A stretch of DNA of 64,000 bases, from IMG/VR virus record IMGVR_UViG_3300032038_000010, positions 64,001-128,000 of that record. One strand, 5' to 3'. Shown piece by piece: positions 43,173 through 55,214 of this stretch (position 1 is the first letter of the stretch; every line of letters starts with the position of its first letter). This stretch comes from a virus. Lineage: Duplodnaviria > Caudoviricetes. The notes under the pieces are model-generated. The model was not told the DNA's origin, ran no database searches, and saw nothing but the letters and a program-made list of their open reading frames with translations. The position numbers and the translations under genes are program-made.

Positions 43173-46100
43173 ATGTTGAATATTCAAAAAAGAGATGGGC
43201 GTATTGTCCCATTCGATCATTTTAAAATTGTAGATGCAGTATTAAAAGCTTTCCAGCAAGTAGACGGTGAACTCACTGATTATGCTTATGAAAAAGCTGG
43301 TAATATTGCTGATTATATTAAAGAATACGCAGAAGAAGCAAAACATCCGCTTACAGTAGAAGAAATTCAAGACCTTGTTGAAAACGGCTTGATGGCTACA
43401 AAGCGCAAAGATGTTGCAAAAACATATATTAAATATAGAGAAAATCGTACTCATGTAAGAGAAGGCAAAGCAGATTGGATGCAATTAGTTGCAGAAAAAG
43501 TAAAAGCAGCTAATGTTCAAAATCAAAATGCTAATGTAGATGAACATTCATTTGGCGGCCGCAAGGGCGAAGCTGATTCTGTACTGATGCGAAAAATTGC
43601 TCTTGACTATATTATGTCCGATTTAGCAAAGAATAATCATCTTAATAATGAAATTTATACTCATGATTTGGATAGCTATGCAGTGGGTATGCATAATTGT
43701 TTAACTATTCCTTTTGATGATTTACTTGCTAATGGGTTTAACACAAGACAAACTGATGTTCGACCTGCAAGTAGCATAAATACTGCTTTCCAGTTAGTAG
43801 CAGTTATTTTCCAGCTTCAGTCACTGCAGCAATTTGGTGGTGTGAGCGCATCTCATATTGATTGGACAATGGTTCCTTATGTGAGAAAATCTTTTTATAA
43901 ACACTGGAAAGATGGATGTAAATATATTTTAAAAATTGATGTTTCTAAATATGATGGTATTATTACAAATGATATGTCTATTACTGACGGATCATATAAA
44001 ACTTTTGCAGGCGCTTATGATTATGCGATGGACATGACTATAAAAGAAACATACCAAGCAGTAGAAGGAATGTATCATAACCTTAAATAATTAGGGCGAC
44101 TTAATAGTAATATTAAGAACTTAGCTATCTAAACGGGGAAACTCTTAAGGCAAAAGACAATCCCGTGCTAAATTTGTATCATCAAATAAAAAAGAAAGGA
44201 GGTATATAATGTATATAGTATATCAACATAAAAATAAAATAAATGGAAAAGTTTATATTGGTATAACAATGCAAGACCCAGAACGAAGATGGCGTCATGG
44301 AGAAGGTTATAAATCAAGTCCACATTTCTATGCAGCTATTCAAAAATATGGATGGGATAATTTTGAACATAATATATTATTTGAGAATTTAACTAAAGAA
44401 GAAGCTTGTCAAAAAGAACAAGAATTAATTACAGAATTTAATTCTATAAATAGAAAATATGGATATAACTCTACATCTGGTGGAGATGTATTCACTATGA
44501 ACGATGAAACTAAACAAAAAATTTCTCAAGCAATGATGGGAAATAAAAATGGTTTAGGACATCCTTGCTCAGAAGAAAAAAAGAAAAAAATTAGTGAAGC
44601 TCAAAAAGGGAAAAAATTAACAGAAGAACATAAACAAAAACTTTCTGAAGCGGCTAAAAAACGACATACACCTTGTTCTGAAAAAGCTAAAGAAAATATA
44701 CGAAAAGCTTCTCATAAAAAACCTGTTTATTGTGAAGAATTAAATCAAGTTTTTGAATCAGTGCAAGAGTGTAGCCGACAATTAGGTATCCCTGCTACAA
44801 ATATTTCAAAATTATGTAATGGAAGAGGTAAAACACTTAAAGGATACCATTTAAAATATTATGATGATACAATAAATGCCTAACGACTATCCCTATAAAA
44901 CGGGGAGTAGAGTCAAGCGACTCGAAATGGTAGCCTCCTCTATTTAGAGGGCGAAGATATAGTCTAATCTTTATGGTGACATAAAGAAGTTCATAAGAGA
45001 ACTGCATAAGATTAGCGACCTTATGTGAATATAAATGTAATACATTACAAAGTAGAAGCGGTAATCAGCTGCCTTTTACTTCTATTAATTATGGTACTTG
45101 CACACTTCCTGAGGGTCGTCTTGTTATTAAAGCAATACTTGATAAATCTATTGAAGGTGTTGGAAAACTTCATAAGACAGCTATTTTCCCTTGTGGAATA
45201 TTCCAATGCATGACTGGAATAAACCGTAAACCAGAAGATCCTAATTATGATTTATTTAAATTAGCACTTCGTTCTACATCACAAAGATTGTATCCTAACT
45301 ATGTAAATGTAGACTGGTCAGTCAATGAAGGATATGACCGAGACGATCCACGTACCTATGTTAGCACAATGGGATGTAGGACCTACAACGGAAGTGACAT
45401 GAATGTGGACCCTGGAGTTAACTCACAGACAAAAGATGGAAGAGGCAATATTGCTCCTGTAACAATTATTATGCCTACTCTCGCGATGGAAGCAAAACAA
45501 TATATACTTGACCATGATATTACTTATGTTGATGAACAACAACATCAGCAAATTATCATTGATACTTTCATGGAAATTCTTGATAGAAAAATTCATGAAG
45601 CAAAAACAATCCTTGAAGAAAGATTTAATTGGATTTGCGCTCAAGATCCATCTTCTGCAAAATTTATGTATGAAAATAAAACTATGCTTGGATATGATGG
45701 CAAAACAGTATTCAGTGCTATGAAACATGGAACATTAGCTCTTGGTCAATTAGGTCTTGCAGAAACGCTTCAAATTTTAATTGGTAAAAACCAAACAACA
45801 GATGAAGGAATGAAACTTGCTAAACAAATTGAATCTTTGTTTAATAAGCGTTGTTTTGAATTTAAGCATGAATTACATCATACTGAACAATGGGGAGATT
45901 ATTATCTCAATTATGGAGTATATTATACCCCTGCAGAAAACTTATGCTATACTGCAATGAAAAAATTTAAAGATAAGTATGGTGTAATTGACAAGGTATC
46001 TGACAAAGACTTCTTTACCAATAGTATTCATGTACCAGTTTGGGAAAAAATTAGTCCTTTTGATAAAATTGATATTGAAGCACAATTAACTGGATACAGT

Positions 46101-46430
46101 AATGCAGGATGTATTACTTATGTTGAACTTGATAGTGGAACTAAAAATAATCTTGAAGCTCTTGAAACAATAGTAAATTATGCTATGGATAAAGACATTC
46201 CATATTTTGCTATTAATGTTCCTGCTGATACCTGCCTTGACTGCGGATACCAAGATGAAATTAATGATGAATGTCCTAAGTGCGGCAGCCACAATATTCA
46301 AAGACTTCGTAGAGTTACTGGATACTTAACTGGTGACTATAAAACTGCATTTAATAAAGGCAAACAACAAGAAGTAGAATTAAGATATAAACATTCAAAT
46401 AAATTAGCAAAGGATTTTTGGAAGAAATGA
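43173..46430 (+). CDS. nrdD: Anaerobic ribonucleotide reductase; exons 43173-44083 and 45038-46430
   Basis: ATP cone, HDLD, HNC; splice restores HNL|NTLQSRSGNQLPF; MGCR; TPAE; CxxC pairs; RVTGY glycyl motif. Confidence 0.93.
44084..45037 (+). mobile_element. Group I intron in nrdD
   Basis: AAACGGGGAA, GACAATCCCGTG, CTAACGACTA, AAGATATAGTCT; terminal G. Confidence 0.9.
44209..44883 (+). CDS. Intron-encoded GIY-YIG homing endonuclease with NUMOD-type repeats
   Basis: VYIGIT...RW..G.GY; repeated E.KxKIS motifs. Confidence 0.88.
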   Translation: MYIVYQHKNKINGKVYIGITMQDPERRWRHGEGYKSSPHFYAAIQKYGWDNFEHNILFENLTKEEACQKEQELITEFNSINRKYGYNSTSGGDVFTMNDETKQKISQAMMGNKNGLGHPCSEEKKKKISEAQKGKKLTEEHKQKLSEAAKKRHTPCSEKAKENIRKASHKKPVYCEELNQVFESVQECSRQLGIPATNISKLCNGRGKTLKGYHLKYYDDTINA

Positions 46431-46903
46431 GACTTGCTGGATTAAATAAAAATGATGTAGCCAATGGAGAGGGAATATGTGTTTCCCTCTTCGTTCAAGG
46501 CTGCCCGCATCATTGTAAAGGATGTTTTAATGAAGAAACCTGGAACTTCAATGGCGGGATAGAGGCGCCACAAGATATAGATGATATTATATGTGATGCT
46601 ATACAAGATAATGGAATACAGCGTAATTTTAGTCTTTTAGGTGGCGAACCGCTCGCGCCAGAAAATATTAAATTCTCTCGTCACATAATTAATATTGTAA
46701 GAGATAAATTTCCTAATATAAAAATTTTTGTTTGGACTGGATATGTTTTAAATGATTTAGTCTTAAATGAAGATTTGGTTAATATATTATCAAATATTGA
46801 TATTTTAATAGACGGCCCCTTTAAACTAGAAGAACGTGATGTAACACTTAAATTAAGGGGCAGCCGCAATCAAAGAATATTACAAAGAGGAATTGATTTC
46901 TAA
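46427..46903 (+). CDS. nrdG: Anaerobic RNR activase (radical SAM)
   Basis: CPHHCKGC, LGGEP, RGSRNQR; ATG overlaps nrdD stop. Confidence 0.92.
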   Translation: MRLAGLNKNDVANGEGICVSLFVQGCPHHCKGCFNEETWNFNGGIEAPQDIDDIICDAIQDNGIQRNFSLLGGEPLAPENIKFSRHIINIVRDKFPNIKIFVWTGYVLNDLVLNEDLVNILSNIDILIDGPFKLEERDVTLKLRGSRNQRILQRGIDF

Positions 46904-46968
46904 TCAACTTGATTTCTCTTAAAATTTTTGATATAATTAATTTATAAAAGTAAGGAGAAATTAAGTGT

Positions 46969-47364
46969 ATGAATAAAGATACAAAAGTTATTGATATGGG
47001 AGCAACTGTTTATGATATAAATAAACAGCTTGTAAAAAAATTAACTCCTCTTTCAGAATTAGAGCTGCCACAAAAGCAAAAGGCTCTTGAAGATTGGTTC
47101 AATATGCATTGTGATTGTTATGCTATGTTACTTTGTCATGAACAAAGAGATTATACTGTATTTCATATGTATGACAACCCGCCCGCTAATCCGAACCCCC
47201 CTGCTATTGCTGCAAAAGAGCTTATTGAGTGTCTTAAAAATAGAGGGGTAATTATTTCAATAGACCCAACTCAAGATGGAGCTTGGGAAATTTGGTTACA
47301 AATCGGAGATGAATCATATTGTTACTATTTGTTCCGATATGATGATGCAGTAATAGAGTGCTAA
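46969..47364 (+). CDS. Hypothetical protein
   Basis: Promoter and AAGGAG SD. Confidence 0.7.
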   Translation: MNKDTKVIDMGATVYDINKQLVKKLTPLSELELPQKQKALEDWFNMHCDCYAMLLCHEQRDYTVFHMYDNPPANPNPPAIAAKELIECLKNRGVIISIDPTQDGAWEIWLQIGDESYCYYLFRYDDAVIEC

Positions 47365-47374
47365 AGGAGCAAAT

Positions 47375-47629
47375 ATGAGATTGTTTTTAAATATTAAGCC
47401 TTTTGCATTTACACAAAATGCTTATGTAATAGAAAATAATGAAATTATAAAAGAAGAAACATTCAAATTAAAAGATATTAATAATTTCATTTTTTCTCAT
47501 TCCAATCTTGAAGAAGTAGTTTTTGTAGGAGCTTCCAAGTTTGTCACCAAATATGTTCACGAAGCAAAAGACTTTGAATCAACAAAATTTAATCATAATA
47601 TAATTAAATATATAATTAAGGAGAAGTAA
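47375..47629 (+). CDS. Hypothetical protein
   Basis: AAGGAG SD. Confidence 0.65.
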   Translation: MRLFLNIKPFAFTQNAYVIENNEIIKEETFKLKDINNFIFSHSNLEEVVFVGASKFVTKYVHEAKDFESTKFNHNIIKYIIKEK

Positions 47630-47630
47630 A

Positions 47631-47876
47631 ATGGCATATCTAGTAAGAACAACAGAAGTGTATAGACTGGATTCTGAATCTTCTGCTAAAGCATTTATTG
47701 AAGAGCAAAAGAAAAATGGCTCTTATGAAATCGTTAAATATTCTAGCGAACTTCGCCAGACAAAAGTAAAAGGCGAAATTGCTGATGAATGGTATCGAGT
47801 TACTATTGTAAAATCATTTAATAATGAAAAAGAACCCACAGAAGAAATTACAGTACATTATGGAGATGAAGATTAA
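47631..47876 (+). CDS. Hypothetical protein
   Basis: AAGGAG SD; TAATG coupling to dut. Confidence 0.7.
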   Translation: MAYLVRTTEVYRLDSESSAKAFIEEQKKNGSYEIVKYSSELRQTKVKGEIADEWYRVTIVKSFNNEKEPTEEITVHYGDED

Positions 47877-48307
47877 TGAATATTAAAGTATTAAACGATC
47901 TAGCAACAATTCCGACAAGAGGCAGTGAATATGCGGCGGGCCTCGATCTGTATGCAGCAACGTCTGGACCTGTAGATATTGCACCGCACTCTACAGTAAA
48001 AGTAGGGACTGGTATTGCAGTAGAAATTCCAGAAGACAATTTTGGTGCTATATTCGCAAGATCTGGTCTTGCTACAAAACGTGGACTGCGTCCCGCAAAT
48101 TGCGTAGGCGTGGTTGATAGTGACTACCGGGGCTAGGTAATTGTTGCACTCCACAATGATACTGATGAACTTATGACTATCGAAGCGAAAGAACGTATCG
48201 CGCAACTTGTAATTGTGCCTTATGTCGCTGTTGATGTAACACCTGTTGATGATTTAACTGATACACAGCGTGGTAATGGTGGTTTTGGTTCTACTGGGAG
48301 AATGTAA
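47876..48307 (+). CDS. dut: Trimeric dUTPase, 143 aa (TAG at 48134)
   Basis: All five motifs present only with read-through: [34 protein letters not shown]. Confidence 0.93.
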
Positions 48308-48534
48308 TGAGAAAAGAAAAAACTATTACTTTGCATAATATTAATGATATAACAACTTTTGTACGTTTAGCTACTCTTGTAGAAGAAGATATAGATGTAC
48401 AAAGTGGGCGATATATTGTTGATGGAAAATCTATTATGGGGATTATGTCAATTGATATTTCTAAACCGTGTAAAGTAACGTATCCAGAAGATGCTACTGC
48501 TTTTGAGGATTTTCTAATTCAATTTGAAATTTAA
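48307..48534 (+). CDS. HPr-like protein
   Basis: SGRYIVDGKSIMGIMS (Ser46 region); no GLHARP His15 motif. Confidence 0.75.
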   Translation: MRKEKTITLHNINDITTFVRLATLVEEDIDVQSGRYIVDGKSIMGIMSIDISKPCKVTYPEDATAFEDFLIQFEI

Positions 48535-48537
48535 GTA

Positions 48538-48566
48538 AAAGAGAGGCGAAAGCCTCTCTTTTTTTA
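48538..48566 (+). terminator. Intrinsic terminator
   Basis: AAAGAGAGGC GAAA GCCTCTCTTT plus T tract. Confidence 0.8.
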
Positions 48567-48770
48567 TGCAATTTTAAATCAGTTGCCGTTCTGTAAGTAA
48601 AATTTTTCATTTTTAACCTTATCTTCATTAAGACAAAATTCGATAATCTTTTTATCTAAAATTTTATATAATCATAGAACTAGTATTGACTTTTCAAAAA
48701 TTTTATGTTATTCTAGAGTCAGAATAAAGAATACATAAGATTAATCTATATGAAAGGATATAAATAGACT

Positions 48771-49265
48771 ATGATTATATTAGCATTAGATATTTCTACT
48801 CACAGTACTGGCATAGCTGTATTTGATGATACAAAATTAATACATTATGAATGTGCAGTTGCATCTTCTACTAATACTTTTAATAGAATTGATAAAATTA
48901 CAACACAAATTGAAAATGTTGTTGAAAAATATAAACCCACTAAAGTAGCTATAGAAGATCCATTACCAGCAGAGTCTGGCCATAATATGTCTACATATAA
49001 AAAACTTACCTGGGCGCAAGGCATTATTGGAGATATGTTAAATCAACATAAACTGAATTTTGATAGGCTATATACTTCTTCAGAGTGGCGCTCTAAAGTA
49101 GGAATCGCAACAGGAAAAGGCCGCAAAAGAGAAAGCCTTAAACCAAAAGATATAGCAAAAGCTAAAGAACTATTTGGAGTAGAAGAAAATGATGATATTG
49201 CAGATGCGATTCTAATCGGTAAAGCATATGCAGACTAGGCTTGTAATGAAATAAATTGGGAATAA
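48771..49265 (+). CDS. RuvC-like Holliday junction resolvase (TAG at 49236 probably read through)
   Basis: LALDIST..TG, AIED, WRS, DDIADAILIG. Confidence 0.8.
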
Positions 49266-49320
49266 AAAGATGCGGGAGCCCGTCCAATGTATGGATATAA
49301 CTGGCTCCCGCGATTTTTGT

Positions 49321-52011
49321 TTAACTAAAGAATAACATATCTCCAATATTATGGCTATGTCTTTTTCTTTTTTTATCTTCCTCCTGCTTTATATAATATA
49401 GTCCATATATAAAAGCAGAGAATTTATCTTTAGGTATTCCTCTATTACTTTGTTTCAGAATAATATTAACGCCTTCATTATCTTCAACAAGATTAAGCAT
49501 TTGCTATTTTAATCTAGTTGTCAAATTGAACGGTACAAGATAAGTATTTCGCTCATCTGAAGTCATCGTCTGTCCGCGCTTAGTCCCCATCAATTTAAGT
49601 TTAGCCTGCTGTTCATCAATTAAGAATTTAATCTTACCACTGCTCATTTGAGTTTGTGCATAAGAATACGCTTCTGTATTAATAGGAGCATTAGCCTTCA
49701 TTAAGAACATAGCGTCATTCTCAAAGTCTGGGCCTTTTGCTTTTTTATACTGATTAGCAACATCTTCATTAGTTCCGCCCTCAACCCCAAATGGAGGTAA
49801 ATTATCTCCAGTCTCAGGATCAATTTGAGCTTTTGTCATAAAATCAATCAAACCGACACCAAGACCATTAGCATCAATAGATAATATTCTAGCATGATAT
49901 TTATAATACAATTTCTTTAATTTAACTGCTTGTACTTCAAAGTCTTCTGCTTCATAAGTATATATATTAACTAATGATTTAAGCGCCGCCCCTTGCGGCT
50001 GAGGATAAACTTTAAATACACAAGCTTCTGTAGTACATCCGATACGGCCTACATCAACCCCAATTACATAATAAGCATTTTTAGCATTGCGCGAACTGTA
50101 CTCATATTCAGGCTGATTTAATGTTCTATGTTTATCAAACTTCTCTGCTGAATAAAAAGCATTTTCTGCATCACCAGACCAAATTGAACGATATTCTCGA
50201 TCAAAAGAATCTTCATTATATGTACCTTGTAATTTTAATTGATCTACAAAGTCTTCATCAAGAAGTCCTTCATTAACTGGTGTTTCATAAGTACCGCCAA
50301 GAATCATATATTTATCTGGTTCAATAACTGATTGAACAAAGATTTCAATTAGCTTGTCATAAGCAAAAGAGTTTTTCCAACCTGCGGTAGTAATATAAAT
50401 TTGCGATTTATTAGGTAATTCAGTTCTATCTCTTGAACCGTCAGGTAAAAGTCTATCTACGTTAGTAGTAGGAATAAGAACTTCATTAAGAATATCTCCA
50501 TCAATTAATACACATTCCTCAAGGAGAAGACTATTACGACGTTGGCCTCTAGAACTTTCTCTTGCTGCAAGAATGTCAATTTCTGAACCGTTTTTAAATA
50601 CATAATGAACATCATCTTTTGTGTGCTTAGTTTTACCACGTTCCCAGTTAATTTCATTGGCAAGAGGTGGAATCAGCCGACAAATTTCATCTATCTTAGC
50701 GATGGTAATGGAGGCAGCCTGTTCTTTCAGGATTGTTATCATAAGGCTTTTTATCCTTATTTCTTATACTTGTTATTCGTATAAGCTCAGCATATCTTTT
50801 CATCTACGACTTTACGTTTAGATGTCGCGGCCTCGTGGAGGGATTATACTTGTCAATCTCACCCTCTATGCGTTGCCCCTGACTCCTTATCTGCTAAAGA
50901 AGCCTTCGGTTCGGATTAGCATTTCAGCTTTCCCGCTTAATTCCGCGATTTAAAGGTTTTATATATTAAATTTCTTTAATATTGGGCAAATTAATATTTT
51001 TATGATATTGACTACCATTAGTAATAAAGTCTTGATAATGTTCATATTTTCTATCTAAATAAATATTACTATCTTTATATAAATAAGTAAGAAAATTATA
51101 AACATCTATTAGACTACTAAAAACATATCTTTTTGCTCCGTCTTCTCTATGGCAAATAAAAATTTTATTATTTTTATTAATATCTAAATCTAGGGCATTT
51201 AAACTGCCTTTAATAAAGTCTTCTGTTCCAATCCATCCAACTTGAAAACAACTAGACGTATTAGTAAACCATCCATCTCCATCAAAATATCCTCTTAAAA
51301 AATGTCTCGTTAATTCAGAAGGAACTTGTTCCTAAGTCGGATATTTTAAAATTAATGATTTTTTAGGAACACAGCCTTTATTAATTAAATCTTGTTTACA
51401 TTTATCACTTCTAAAACTCATTCGATATGATTTAGAAGATTCTCTATACCCAATTTTATTAGATATTCCCATAAAATTTCTAAATTTTTCAATTTGATGT
51501 AAATCTTTTTCTGCTAATCCCAATTCGATTTTATCTTCTTTAGAACCAACAGAACCATCTGCGTAAAGAAAACCAAGCCAATATGCTTTTTCTTCTGTGT
51601 CAATATGCTCAAATTGTGTAAGGACGTTTTTTGTACTCATTTCGTACTCCTCCTGTAAAAATATTAAATAAAAAGTTTACCCCCTGTACTAATCGCGGCG
51701 TGCTACCCTGGGTAGAACACTGCTCTTAGCATCAAGCCCATCATTGATAAGAAAGATTTAGAGAAAGCACGAGGGAAAGTAGCATACACAAAGCGATGCC
51801 GCATGATCACTCTTAAATAAACTCTTTGATAATAGAAGAATTTAAAAGTTGAATCTTCGCCTTTTATTTGATCAACAAATATATCTGGATAAGCTCGATA
51901 AAAAGAAATCAAATTCCGCATTTCAGGAAGAATTGCTCTAATTCTATCTTCAGTTACGTCTTGCTGGACAATCTTATCATCAGATAGAGACAATAAATTA
52001 GCTAGACTCAT
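49321..52011 (-). CDS. Terminase large subunit; exons 52011-51679 and 50727-49321; TAG at 51703 and 49504
   Basis: PRAFSKS Walker A variant; splice restores TGG|KEQ; LLEE Walker B; GVDVG, IDANG and KDKFSA nuclease motifs (the last only after read-through). Confidence 0.88.
50728..51678 (-). mobile_element. Group I intron in terminase gene, ORF located 5' of the core
   Basis: Exon GGGU pairs with GCCC after the ORF; AATTAAGCGGGAAAG, CTAATCCGAACC, GCAACGCATA, AAGATATGCTG; terminal G. Confidence 0.85.
50966..51640 (-). CDS. Intron-encoded LAGLIDADG endonuclease, 224 aa (TAG at 51332)
   Basis: AYWLGFLYADG and FLRGYFDGDG motifs lie on either side of the TAG. Confidence 0.88.
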
Positions 52012-53273
52012 GACTCTTCCTCCTCAGACTCGCCTGCATCTTTAGCGGCTTCCGCGGCTTTAAACTCCTCAAAGTCAGCCATATCTTGATCTGTGACTGG
52101 CACATAATTAAGTCCTTGAGATTTTGCTTCCTATCTGTCTCGCTTTTGAGACTCTTGAATCTCTTTCTTCTTCATGTAATCTTCAATTTCTCTTGACAGC
52201 GAAGGATCTTCTTTAACAAGATTACTATAATATTCTTTCATATCATTAATATCTTTATCAACTATATCAAGAGGAACTTCAAGATTCCATTGAGGTATTT
52301 TTCCACCTTCTTTTTCACAAAATGCTACTACTTGACCAATAGCATCAAAGATACCATCTTTATCGACCTTATTCTGTGCAGCGGTAAAGTTTGCGGATTT
52401 TCTTAAAGACTCATAGGTTCTAGTTAATTTAGAGAATCCATCTAGGTCTCCCATGTCAAGAGCCTGATTCATTTTAAGATTAACTTTGCAAATAGTAATC
52501 AATGTATTTTGGCTGTCTGGAGTTTCATCGCTGATACCAAATTTCTTAGCCATTTTAACATAATTACTTTCAAGCTGTACCCATTCGTTAGGCTTATAAA
52601 GGCGGCCCCACTTCATAGCAAGATATTTTTTATCATCATCTGTAAGGTCGGCCGCAGGATTCGGGAGGTCAGTCTCGCTAATGAAAGCATCCTAGTCCAT
52701 CCGATTACCGACCGCCGCATCTATGTCTTTACTATCTGTTGGTGCAAGCTCCGCATTTTGTATCTCTGTTGGCATGAGAGTTTGATATTCCGCTTTAGAA
52801 ATCTTACCTTCCGCAAGGTCATTCCGTAGTTTTTGTTCATACTCATGCCGCTCTTGTATTTCTTCTTCTGTCTCTTTCCGCGCTTTTGCTTTATTCATTT
52901 CAAGAAGCATTTCTGTGTCATCCCAACCATAGCTAGTCCATGGTTTGATCTTCATAGCAGACAAATACTTACCTACGACAGAAATACCAGTTAGATTTGG
53001 ATTTTTAGCAAAAGCGCGGTCTCTTAATGTATTCCACTTCTCTGGAATATAAGGAACATCCAAATCTTTCAAAATCCATGTAAAAGTTTCTGGGTCAAAA
53101 TTATCTACATGCATAGTAAGACAACGCTTACACATTTTTGTCTTACTACCATCTTTGTACTGATAAAAATTATTTGATTTGCTCCAAGTTCTTTCCTTTT
53201 CACAATAGCACATATCTTTTTCATCAGGGATTTGACCTTTTGGCTCGACTTTTTTAGTTTCTTCTTCAGCCAT
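52008..53273 (-). CDS. Zn-finger protein upstream of terminase, possible small subunit (TAG at 52692, 52131)
   Basis: Two track ORFs joined by TAG; TGA overlaps terminase ATG; CKRC and KWGRLY. Confidence 0.7.
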
Positions 53274-53279
53274 TAATTA

Positions 53280-54425
53280 TCAAACTCCTTTCACTAATTT
53301 AATTTGCTTATGCTTATTTTTTGCATTGCGGCAATCTTTACATATAGAATAAAAGCCATCTTTACTTGTCTTATTTTTTGAAAAGAACATACTGTGAGCT
53401 AATTTAATTTGACCACAGCGTGAGCATCTCTTCCATTTACCCTTTTCTACATTGGTATAATACCAGGTCAAATAATCTTTTTGAGCGTGGTCCGCAATCA
53501 TTTTAGGTATTTTTTTGCGCCAGAGAGACGAAAGATATTCAATGGAGTGCCGCACACCAAAATCTCGTTGAAGAAGGCTTTGTATTTCTTCATTAGTCTT
53601 ACCATCAATTTTATAAATAACTAAATCATAATACATAGGATATTCTTCTTCAAGAGTCTAATCAATAAGATTTTCTAAATCAATAATTGCCCATTTAGCA
53701 TCACTATTGACTTTATCCCAACTATCCATTTTTAGTTTAGAATAATGACATAGCACTGCGCTTACTACATCTGGGTTGAGGAAACTGAAGCCTCTAACCT
53801 ATAGAGTTCCATCTTCTTTAATTTTAATATCTTCTTCCCAAGACATAGTAGAGAAGCTCTTGATGCCATTTGAATAAGGCATTGTAGGATGATAGGCTGC
53901 TTTAAGTACATATTGGTCTTTCCGCATTTCTATCATTTGCTTTTTCAATAAATATTTCTTTTTACCTGTTGCTAAATCGCATTGCTTTTCAATTTCCGCA
54001 ATACTATCTCTAAGTTCTTTTAGCCCAGGTATTTCTGCGACATCTGTTTCAGTAATTCCAATTTTAGGTGTGAAGATAATATTTTTATCATTTGCAATCA
54101 TATTATAAATACCATCTTCGCCATTTTCAAAAGTAGCAACTAAACCTTCAAAAGACATTTCACGCTTATTGACAGTTACCATTCTATTCTAAGTAATAAT
54201 CTTCTTTTGTTTACGTTCTTCTTTGTCCATAGCAAATACTATATAGTCAGATAAAATTTCTAAGTAACGTGGTGTTAATTTTTCTGAAGGAGTTTGCTCA
54301 ATAATTTTTTTAACTAATTCATTGCGGGCAGCCGCTGTCTAGAGCTTATAGTCTAGTTTAAGTGGTTGATTAGACTCGTCTAATTCCGCATTAGACGGGG
54401 CCGCCGCATTATTATATTCTTCCAT
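53280..54425 (-). CDS. Putative transcription regulator with HTH-like segment and C-terminal Zn finger (TAG at 54339, 54189, 53799, 53658)
   Basis: AAGGAG SD, ATG 54425, 381 codons with only TAG interruptions; TNEEIQ...YLSSLW; CSRC...CKDC. Confidence 0.65.
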
Positions 54426-54603
54426 GCTTAAGTACTCCTTTTATGTTTATTAGCCTCCAACTTCAGGTAAGCCTTATTTCAATTCTATACTTATAGTATA
54501 CCAGAAAATTTTTGAATTGTCAAGACTCGATTAAACACTTTTGACTTGAAAGTTACAAAAAATTATTATATAATATTTATATAAAGTAAAGGAGATAATA
54601 ATT

Positions 54604-54780
54604 ATGAGTAAATATATTGATCCAAATAATCCTGGGTATGAAGATCCAAGAGAACAATCGATTGGATGGCGTGGCGAAGGGCGGCCGCTTGGGATTAAAA
54701 CAGAGGCGTGCCCAGTTGATGGACATTATTGTGAGCAGCCGCAATGTGAGAACTGCAATTTTGAAGAGGTGTCTCAATGA
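54604..54780 (+). CDS. Small Cys-rich protein (58 aa, below track cutoff)
   Basis: AAGGAG SD; TGA overlaps next ATG. Confidence 0.55.
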   Translation: MSKYIDPNNPGYEDPREQSIGWRGEGRPLGIKTEACPVDGHYCEQPQCENCNFEEVSQ

Positions 54781-55214
54781 TTATTACATTAACTGGTCAT
54801 AGACCGCCAAGATTACGGGGACAAGAGAAAGAAATCAAAACTTGGCTAAAAAATATTTTACATTCTTTTGGAGAAAATAATATTTGCATTTCTGGGATGG
54901 CTGCAGGGGCAGATCAATTATTTGCGTATACAGCAATAGAAGAAAACAATAAATTATGGTGCGCTTGGCCTTATCATAAAAAGAATCGAGATTATGCAGA
55001 ATATTTAGAAGATCATGCTGATAATATTATTTTTGTAAATCAAGATTATAGTCCTGATTGTTATACCATAAGAGATAAATTTATGGTAGACCAAGCTGAT
55101 ATTGTATTAACTGTTTGGGATGGGAAACCATGGGGCGGCACTTATAATACAATAAAGTATGCAGAACAGCAAAATAAAACAATCATTGAATATAGAGGAT
55201 TAAAAAATGAGTGA
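54777..55214 (+). CDS. SLOG-superfamily (YspA/DUF1273-like) protein
   Basis: TGHRP, SGMAAGAD, RD.FMVD, VWDG..GGT..T..YA. Confidence 0.8.
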   Translation: MIITLTGHRPPRLRGQEKEIKTWLKNILHSFGENNICISGMAAGADQLFAYTAIEENNKLWCAWPYHKKNRDYAEYLEDHADNIIFVNQDYSPDCYTIRDKFMVDQADIVLTVWDGKPWGGTYNTIKYAEQQNKTIIEYRGLKNE

